Assembly: GCA_012295275.1 (NCBI GenBank) | Contig: CM022679.1 | Coordinates: 12,462,001-12,526,000 of the forward strand | Source: Chrysomallon squamiferum | Lineage: Eukaryota; Animalia; Mollusca | Reading direction: 5' to 3' | DNA length: 64,000 bases | Shown: positions 53,577 through 64,000 of the stretch, in pieces | Layout: each line of letters starts with the position of its first letter | Numbering within the stretch: position 1 is the first letter of the stretch | Notes under the pieces: generated by a model | Told to the model about the DNA's origin: nothing | What the model saw: the letters and a program-made list of their open reading frames with translations, nothing else | The model's database searches: none | Program-made: the position numbers and the translations under genes

Positions 53577-55120
53577 GTTCACACTATATTTGATTCAGGT
53601 TTTATTCCTGCACTGTCTGTCAGTTACGACACTTGTTTTTGCCTGTCATTCCGTTACACATCAATCCACGCTTTTTTCTGTATTTTTAGAGTTATCTCCC
53701 TGTAAAAGATGACACTGACCTTGTCAGACAAATTTGACATCTGTAAGGCAGTGTGCAACGTTTAACTGAATTAGTGTCAATTTTAAAATTAATGGTTTAA
53801 TGTATAACGGGTTTTAATTTGATGATGTCCTCGTGTTTTGTCAAAATAATTTCCACTGAGTCTTCAGTGAACAGAATTAAGACAGAAATTGTAAAGCAAT
53901 TTTACGATAATTACATTTAAAGCACAAAGTCTGGAATTAGTGATTTTTAATCTTTTAATTTCATGTTGCAACATTGGAATAATTAGCTGTATATATCATT
54001 CGACATTTTATAGTTCATGAGTGCGAAAACATTATGAAATTAGGGACTATATCAGCCTCCTCTGCATTATCATGTATTTATTTTACTGATGTACTTTATT
54101 ATTATTATTATACCATACATTAAAATCGTTCATACGAACAATAAAAAGTAGACTGTAATTTTATTACTGGTATTTTCTCTTTTTTGTTCAGTATCTTTTT
54201 CATCTTAAAACTGACTGGTGTCAAAGTCTTTTCGAAAAATATAATAGTCTGTTTAAACTGCGTGTTCCGTCTATTATTAGATCAAATTTATAACATATTA
54301 TCATAAACATAACAATAAAGATTTGTATTTTACTTCTTTCGTTATAATTCTTTATATCTCTTTCTTTTCTTTTTTCTTTTTTTTTCAATTAGCCTTTTTT
54401 TCTTTTTTATACCTCTTCCTTTTTTTGTCTTTCTTTTCTTTTCTTCCTTTTTTTATTATTATTTTTTTTTTATCTTTTTTTTTTTTTTTTTCTTTTTAAT
54501 ACCTAATACCTGTGGTGCAGTTATTAGAAGAAAAAAAAAATCGATATTCCATTGTCTTCGTTCAGAAAAAAAAAAAATAAGTTTGAACATTTCTAGCAGC
54601 GGGACATGATGTTAAATATTTTTCGAAGCGAAAAACTCTCGTGAAAAGTCTCCACAGTTCCAGACGGTGTCAGATTAAAATTGCCTCATTTCACACATTT
54701 TAGGCAATTTACATAGATTATGATTTTTAATGTGGCATATGTTTGTGTGCGTTTCTTTTTCGCTTATCTATCGAGAAAACAGATATTTGTGGTTTTCATC
54801 CACGTCCAATCCATCCCACGTGGCGTCCTGCAGGGTGACCGTCTAGCGCAGGTGTGGTTTATAATTTATATCTAATTTTAATGTCTTAGATTAAAGGGAT
54901 TATGTTCACGGATTTGAGACATTGTAACAAAATGATATCAATGAAATGGACAGATATATATTATCTAAAGAAGCTTTTTTAACGTAATAATAATTAAAAA
55001 AAATTAATTAACTGATAAAATTGTTAATGTGATGTGGAGCTTTGTCGAACTAAGAAAGAGAAGAGAAACGTATGAGATTGTGATCGTATATATAAAACTT
55101 TTATTTATTTACTTTCTTGC

Positions 55121-55151
<31 letters not shown>

Positions 55152-56588
55152 TTTGTTTATTTGTTTATTTATCTAGCACAAATTATGATTTTAATTGAAT
55201 TAGAATCACAAATTAATATTCATGCGAATATAACAATAAATGATATTTAAAATAATTGTTATAAATAAAGACTAGTAACGTTTGCAGTAATACTATTTTA
55301 TTTTTAAATGATTTCTAGCATTTTCTATGTTTTTCTTACATTTGTTTTAAGTTATATTTCAAAAGTGACATAATATAAATTTAAAGAATTAATACCTTTA
55401 GTGTAACAAACAACGCATTTTGAAATCCTTTCTTTGTTTAATTAGGTGGTGATGGTGGCGTGGTGTATATATATGTGTGTGTGTGTATGTCTGTGCGTGT
55501 GTGTGTTTGTCTGTGTGTATGTGTGTGTGTGTGTGTGTGTTTATAGTTGAGGCTATTTACACGTTAACTAATTAGAATATCGTTTAGGGAAAAAAAAAAA
55601 AAAAAAAAAAAAAAACATCATAAAATGAATACATTATCTGTTTTAGCTCCACTTATTAAAGCATCTTCTCATCCAGTATGTATGAATATAAACGTGTTTT
55701 TAAAAAAAAATACTGATTGTCTGATGCATTAGTGAATCTAATTTAAAATGTAACGGGACCCGCTGAAATGATGGATGGAAATCATTTCTACGCACTGTGT
55801 GCCGACTTCTGAAATCAAACAATCTAACGACCAAACAAACAAACACAAAAAAACACCAACAAAAAAAAAAAATCGGATTCAGCTACTTCGTCAAAAAGCT
55901 ATTCTACTGTATATTGGACGATATATCAAAAAAAGGTTTAAAATATGATACGTCCGTTATCTGCAGATCATCGCTTTACAATAACGCCTGAATAGAAGGA
56001 CAGAATCCTCTCAAGTGGTATTTGAATCAGAAAAGCTAATATCATGCCGTATTAAAGGATCGATGAATGAGAAAGGGAGACATCAGACCTGCTTTGTGCG
56101 TTAAGATTTATCGCAAGATGACCCTCTTTGTTGGAAAAGAAAATCCCGTTCATATATCAGACGCTTTTTTCTTTCTCTCTCTCTCTCACTGGCTACGCAG
56201 TGTACAGCAAGGCTGATGATGTTGCTGATACAACAAAGGATGACTCGGTGTCGGCCGTCCTCCACGTAGTCGCTCATTCACTGGACATAATGGGATTCAC
56301 TTTCATGTTATTCTGGGTGCGTCCCATGCACGGGCAGGTGTCGTTTCTGCACATAAAAAATTTACTGGGTAAAAGAACTATAAGGAATACAAGAGATTTT
56401 AGTTCTAAATTTGTGATGTTAGTAGTCACGTATTATCTTTCGGTATAAGAGTCACTGTTGTCGTTAATTTTCTGGTGTTAAGGTTTATATATGTTTGCGC
56501 CGTCATTAGTGTCGTTTATTATATACGATAGTTTTCTTGTTTTTAAAGTTGTGTTTTATACTACAAACAGATAAATACAGCGACGTAA

Positions 56589-56677
<89 letters not shown>

Positions 56678-57529
56678 TCTCTCTCTCTCTTTATTTATTT
56701 ATTTTACAATTATGTCAAGTAGTCGGATAGTCCATCCACTATTCATTCTTTTCACTGATTTGGTTCTCTTTTATGAATCCTTCCCTGAAATCCAACTTTA
56801 AAAATAAAAATGGCAGCGTCTGTTATTTGACTAAAACCTTACAGGTTGAAAACGAAGTGGTAATATAACTGCCAAGTCTGGAAATCAAAACTTTAGTCAA
56901 CAAGTAGTTAAATTAAAAATCAAGATGGTTGATTTCTTTGCGAAGCATTCACCGCCAAGTTCGACTACTCGGCTTTTTCGCACCTTCATCTTTGGTTCAA
57001 ATATCAGTTTTAATCCGACTCACGTGCGACCGATACCAATGGAACACTTTGTGATGAAGGTCAGGGGTCATGCCCTCTCTTTTTTCTTCCTTTGTACATC
57101 CACCCCCTCTCCACGCGACCCCAAGTCGTGTGACGTAACATTTTAAGGAGACAGGTGCGGAGATTTCTGTGTTGCAGAACATGAAAAACAACAATAAAAC
57201 AGAGACGTTTTACAGTCGTGAAAAGACGGAGAAATTACGATACCATAGCAACTGAGATGTGACATTTCACTGGACGACCATTAAAGTCGCTGACATCAAT
57301 AAACCAGAGAGATGTTGTTATATCGAGAGCATTTTCATAATTGGTCTACATGGGTGTCCTCGTATAAATTTGACTCATTTATGAACTGATTGCTTCGTAA
57401 TGAATTTTACAACTCCGATTGTCCGATTAAAAAATGCAGCATAATGAAAGAAGTAAAAACTTTGTAACGAAAGCTGGCAGATTAATCTAACATTTATTTT
57501 ATGGACTACAAAGGTTCAGCAATAATATA

Positions 57530-57607
<78 letters not shown>

Positions 57608-57918
57608 ATTCTAAGACTAATTTGTTTTATATCTCTTTTCTTCATTCTTTACCCTTTCTTAATTATCTTTGCTTTTTTCTTCAAATTATCATATTTCCAG
57701 TTTCCAGTCTTCAGTGGGAACCTTTTGAAACAAGACAAAAGAAAGGTTGGCATGAAGGTAAATAAAATAAGAAGGAAATACAAAACAGACTAAGATACAT
57801 TTCTCTCATTTACCTTCTTTTCACGACCGTTCTTAATCACACAAAGATTTTTTTTAATTCGTTTATTCACCACCACACTATCAGATTTAGTCCCAGCGCG
57901 ACATTAACTTATTTGTTC

Positions 57919-57950
<32 letters not shown>

Positions 57951-58874
57951 TAAAAGACCTCTTCATTTACACACAGAAGCTTGATTACTTAGAGTCTGTT
58001 TTACTGGTGTTTGATTGGAAATGGGGAAAAGACGGGTAGCCCCAGGGTCATGGGCACGTGCAAAAGAAATATATACCCCGAGAGTTCGGTTTTGGGCCTG
58101 AATGGGGCAGATGAATAGGATGGTGTTTTGTTGCAAACTAATTTGTTTCAAGGGTTAGAACGCCTACTCGGGCTGATTACTTGGGTGAGTATGTAAGGGC
58201 TGCAATTAAAAAATTTCATACAACACGGAGTGTCTGCTAAAATAAAGGGGAAGAGATCTTGCCTCGAGTGATCTGGTGGCACTCGCTGTGATTTTTATTG
58301 TATTTTCGAGATTTGCAAACACCATACGCTGCACACGGGTAATTTATAAACTGTTGGCACGTTTGTTCTTATTAGCGTCAAAACAAAACCTCCGAACACA
58401 AAGGTTTCAGTTTCTCGTATAGGTTTTTTTCTTCTTTTCTTGTTTTTTTTTTTAAGGGGACTGCGGAAGGCTAATAATTTTATGTGTGTGTGCGGCTTTG
58501 TCTGTGTATCTGCATGTTATTGTATGTCGTATGTGAGCATGTGTACATGTAGCGTGAGCTTGCTGCAGTGTGTGTCCACTTGTGTAGACGTTCGTGCATG
58601 CGTTTGTGTACGTCAGTGCATGCTTGTATGTTTGCGCGTATGTTTATTTATGGACGTAGAGACCGAGAGAGTGTGTCTGGGGAAGAGAGTACAAAGGTAA
58701 TGAAGCTAATAAACAGTGAGAAATAACTTAATTATGTACATACAATAACTAAAAAAACTGAATTTGTAAAAACGTCAAAAATACTATTATTACTACTACT
58801 ACTACCATCACTACTACCGTAGTAGTAGTAGTACTAGTACCAGTACTACTACTAATAATAATAATGATAATCAT

Positions 58875-58913
<39 letters not shown>

Positions 58914-60574
58914 CATAACAACACAACAAAAACAAAAATAATAATAATAACAATAATAATAATAATAATAATAACCACAACAACACAACAAAAACAAAAA
59001 TAATAATAATAACAATAATAATAACAATAATAATAATAATAATAATAATCCCGAAAATTAAAAAAAATAAAAAAAAAAAAAAAAAAAAGACAAAGCGAGA
59101 CGTAACAAGCACGTCTCCTCTAATCTTCGTTTTCTTAGATTAATCCATTGTTTCTTTTAAAAGGCGTCAACTGCTCCATGTAAAACAAATTGTTAAGGAA
59201 ACTACTACTGACACTGCACATGCAAGTCTGTCAGTAATGCATGTAATTCCTTTCCAAATTCCAGCCTGGGTCATCACCATCAGAACACACGTCTATCTTA
59301 CCCGTCACTCCTTTCATCATTTTAATCTGTCTGTCTGGACACCATTTTTTTGCGTCTGCGCCTTCCCATAGAAAGACGCAAACCGTTAAATAAGAAGGGT
59401 TAGGCAACACCTCCCTGTCGTACTCTAATTACGGACACATGTCTGACTCTGCCGGTCAATTAGGTAGTGTTTTAGAGGGAAGTTTAAAAAACACTGGACT
59501 CGAGGTGGCAAAGTTTGACACTGATAGCTGTAAATTGGGAAGAGGCGCCAGTGTCTTTGTTTCAAATTTACGTATCTGTTTTTGGATGTCTTTTTCTTTT
59601 CTTTTTTTGCAGGGAGATATGCATAATTGATGTGTCTGTTCAGGGCTGGTGTCTTTCGACCATGTTGTTTTTTTTGCTGTTATTTTTAGTTCCGATATGA
59701 AAACGTAACGAAAAAAAGATTATTGTTGTTGTTAAATTTTATTTCGATACTTATTATTATTTTAAAAATTATTTGATTTTTTATCGATGGGTTTCTGTTC
59801 GGTTTGTTTATTCTTATTTCTTTTTTTTTATTATTATTATTATTTTATTTTTATTTTTTTAATACAGACGCATATACCTTTATCGGGAACCAATATCAAC
59901 ATTGTCCATACCAAACACCAGTCATTATAATAGTATAAATAAATAATAAACTATTGATAGCGTAATAGGAACTTTGCTAATAGCAAATATATATATATAT
60001 ATATTTAATACATATCACATATAAATTCACTGCTTCATATATAAATTTCTAAACTGCTAACTGTCAAGAAAAAATTTCAGGTCCAAATTAACGACAACCA
60101 AACAAATGAATTTATAACAAAACTTCTTGTTGCCTCTATTCGACAAATAAACTTTTAGCGCCTTTCGCAAAGGACTGGTGCTTCCTGCCTGTTGTGAAAA
60201 ATTGACCCTTCTTGTTTCATTTTAGTCGCAGGGTAACCCAAGTCAAGGTCTGAAGTTTTAAAATCAGTGATTTAAATGCATAGGCACCATAGACTGCTGT
60301 AGAATCTATCAATCATGCTGGAAACTCGTTTTATTGTGTTAAAGTTGTCGTGAATGTTTGGAAAGGTTATTTCTATTTTCTTTTACTTCGCTTATTTATT
60401 AGAATTAAAACTGCATTAGTGAATTTGAGAATAATGGTGAATATATAATCAAAATAGAATTTATTTCAGTTTGGAACTGTTTATGTAATATGTAAATGAT
60501 GTGAATATTATTATTTTTTTTCTTTATGTTTTCTACAATATAAGTACAGAACAAGTTTCCCATTTATACTGTTG

Positions 60575-60656
<82 letters not shown>

Positions 60657-61386
60657 AAGTTTATTCATATTCAGTATATTATTATTCATTTCTAACCGTA
60701 AATTTATTCTGTTCATTTACAGGGATAGGTGTACACTGATGTTTTGTAATAATAATAATAATAATAATAGAGATCGTTTTAAACCAGGAGTGAAGGAAAG
60801 AAGTAAGAAACATGCTGTAAAATAAAGAAAAGAAGAGCAGAAGAAAACAGTGAAAGAAAATCAATAAATTACGAAACAAGAAATAACGAAAGAAAGAAAG
60901 ACAGAAAGAAAGAAAGAAATAACGAAAGAAAGAAAGGAAGGAAGGGAAGGCAATAAATTACGAAATAAGAAAGAAATAAATCAAGAAAGAAAGAGAAAGA
61001 AAGGAATAAAGATGATAAAAAGAAAAAGAAAACGAAAGAATAGGATTAAGGAACATACAAACGAATGACAACGCAATTCTTATTTCTTATTTCAGACAAA
61101 CTCATCCGTAAAATTTCTTACACGCAAAATTCTGAACCCAGGTCTAGCAAACCAATGTGAGACCATCTTGACCCAAACACGAGCACGTGTCAGGAAGCTA
61201 TTACCAGGCGAAATCTCGTGTCATCGTTTGCTAATTATAGGGTTCTTAGAAACTCTTACAGATAGTGAAAGAAGATAAGCGATGGAAGACTCGTCTTATT
61301 TTTTGGAGTAAATGAATATAAACTAACATTGAATTATTATTTCAGTGTCATTTCTCTAATTGCGTTGTTGACTACGTTGAAGTTGG

Positions 61387-61420
<34 letters not shown>

Positions 61421-62663
61421 CGTGACGATAATAATGATGGGGTGAATGGCTTTAAGACCCATTGTCAGTAGACTGATTTTGTGTAACTTTAAATAGATAT
61501 AGTTATAAGTAAGCATTATAGTGAATCAGTTCTAACAGAATAATTTTACAACATTTTAATGTTTTATTATTTATTTTTTATTCACTCACTGATTTACTTT
61601 TTTATTTATTTTTTTCTCTTTATTTATTTACTTACTTTAGACTTATTTATTTATTCATTATCTTTATATTTAGTTATTTACTTACTTACTTATATATTTA
61701 TTTTAATTTATTTTATTTATCTTATCGTATCTTATTTTATCTTTTTCGTCTTGTGCAACACAAAATTAAATTTCTTTTTTTACATGAAATCAACAAATAC
61801 TTAGAAGAAAGTTTGTAAAAATTATTATCGGTATAATCATAGGTTTTCCATAATTACCAGAACAGTTTTATCAGCCTTGAATAGAATACCCGACAAATGC
61901 AAGATGCTACGTATTTGAAAGTCATAATTTTATACGAACCCCGTCGTTATTAAATTAAATATAACCTTTTTCTACGTCGTCTTCATCTTTCTTCATGCTG
62001 ATATCAACGATATAAACAATAATTTTATGACATTTGCTGCCAATATACTGTATCACATTGTTTTTTTTTCTTTATTTAAAATCAGAATCCTGGCATCCAG
62101 AACTGAAAATAAAATGAAAGATTTTTCTCACCACATCGTTCAAACTGTTTGAAACATTTAAACAGTTCAGTCACTTGCCTCCAGTGTACGTAATAACCAA
62201 CACAATGGGAGAGGTGTCTGTTTATGTCAACTGTTATCAACGTCTTGTGAATAATCGGTAATTAAATCAATTAATTAATTAAGAAAATATAACACCAGGT
62301 GAATGCGGGGTTAATTTAAATACCTTAATAGTTACACCTCTGGCTGAAGAAACTGGAGTCCAAATGAAAGTGTTTACAGTTGATAGCACGTCTTCAGTTT
62401 AGTTATTTTGTTGTTTTTAACACTTCAGGTTAACACTGTTATATTGCTTCAAAGCAAAAATTGTATCCAGTTTATAATATTCTAAGACTGGTGCCTAGAT
62501 ATTTCTTGTTCTGTTTTATATTTTAATTGTTGCTGTCGTTATATTTATTGCTTTGTTATAGAATTTTATTTTAATCCATGTTTTTCTTAGAAAACTTGCT
62601 TATGCTTTTCGAAAATACATGAAATCTGATATTCGTAGTATATTCAGTAATTCATTTCTGCAC

Positions 62664-62768
<105 letters not shown>

Positions 62769-63748
62769 CAGGCCACACATACACACACAAATTCTTTGTC
62801 ATTACACTTGCAATGGTAACTATGCACTGATCATCTAGTTACTGCTTTTCAAGCTGTTACATATTCCTGAACATTTTTCTTCTAACGGCCACGCTCTGAA
62901 TTCATCTCTTAAAACAAATCAAGACAATTTGTATTTACATTTTCCCCCTTAGTTTAAAGCAAAATTACAATTACTTAGTACAGACCATTCTGATCTCCTA
63001 GAAACACTGGATAAAAATAAAAACCTAACAGATGTGGGCCTACACACACGGAACCAGGTAACGGTTCTGTACGGCACGCGACAGATGGCAGATAATATCT
63101 TGCGGTAGTCTTTCATCCCTTGGGTTGCACATCACAGAACTGACCCAAAGACTATTTAACCCTGAGGATAATTCTGGGATATCTCATAGATCAGGTTAAT
63201 GGTCGTCCGAAATAAAAATGAAAACTCTCTTGAGATTTGTAATGACCACGTCGGGCATTGAAGGTAAAAACGGTTCATTGTGTGTGAAAACCAGGTTATT
63301 GTTTCAAATGTGTTTGTTTCAAAAAGAAAGCGACAAGAAAAGAAAAGAAAAAGAAACGGAACAAATGGGATTAATATTAAAGATTACTGTAATGACACCA
63401 ATGATTAATATAATCAATCGGTTATTGTACATAAAATTTTTAGTGCATCTGATAATGTATAATTATACTGTTAAAATAAATCCAGCTACATTTTTGCATA
63501 AAATATAAGGGATCCTTTATATGCATTTCTTTGGATAGGATAGCACGTACAGCGGCCTCTTCCATAGCATTAGTTAGAATGTGAAACAGCTAAAAATGAG
63601 AAACTAAGAAGCACTTTTCAAATTAGACTATAATCAATGATATACAGCCGGTCCCCAGTAAATGTGTACTGTATTTTAATTTTATTTTATATGAATTAGG
63701 TAATTCAGTGAATAACGATTGAATCAATGACTAAATTAAAATCATAAA

Positions 63749-63993
63749 ATACTACTACTACTACTATTACTACTACTACTACTACTACAACTACGACTAC
63801 GACCACTGCTACTGCTACTGCTACTGATATTACTATTACTATTGTTACAACTGTCACTATTAATGCTATTTCTACTGTTACTGCTACTATACTATTACTA
63901 CTACTACTACTACTACTACTACCACTACTACTACTACTACTACTACCACTACTATTACTACTACTACTACTACCACTACTACTACTACTACCA
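63749..63993. repeat. (TAC)n-type degenerate trinucleotide array
   Basis: Read directly. Confidence 0.9.
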
Positions 63994-64000
63994 TTAATAA

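Noticed and set aside
56165-56345. Exon-like segment (pyrimidine tract then CAG ... CAG|GTGTCG) inside the 106-aa ORF
   Set aside because: The pyrimidine tract is a (CT)n repeat, the donor is weak, the peptide is unrecognisable and no partner exons were found.

Overview
AT-rich, microsatellite-dense animal DNA, probably from a protostome invertebrate (inferred from the tRNA sequence style, the CAAA-ATG start context and a miR-2-type K-box). Only two genes are supported: a tRNA-Thr(UGU) at 3645-3717 (-) and a neurogenin-family bHLH gene with an uninterrupted CDS at 37037-37927 (+), which has a TATA/Inr-type promoter and a poly(A) signal. Nearly all other ORFs in the track are translations of simple repeats or chance ORFs. 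The remainder looks like a developmental gene desert: many 300-900 bp GC/CpG-richer islands separated by microsatellite spacers. The strongest non-coding signal is about 14 Hairy/E(spl) (Hes)-type GGCACGYG sites between 22 and 63 kb. These include four exact GGCACGCGAC copies, inverted pairs, a mirror-image module on each side of the gene, and two sites overlapping an identical neurogenin-type E-box. Also seen: CTCF-like motifs flanking the gene, a 23-bp element duplicated 4.8 kb apart, nuclear-receptor-type elements and a 3' UTR K-box. All motif counts were made by eye, and all binding assignments are inference.
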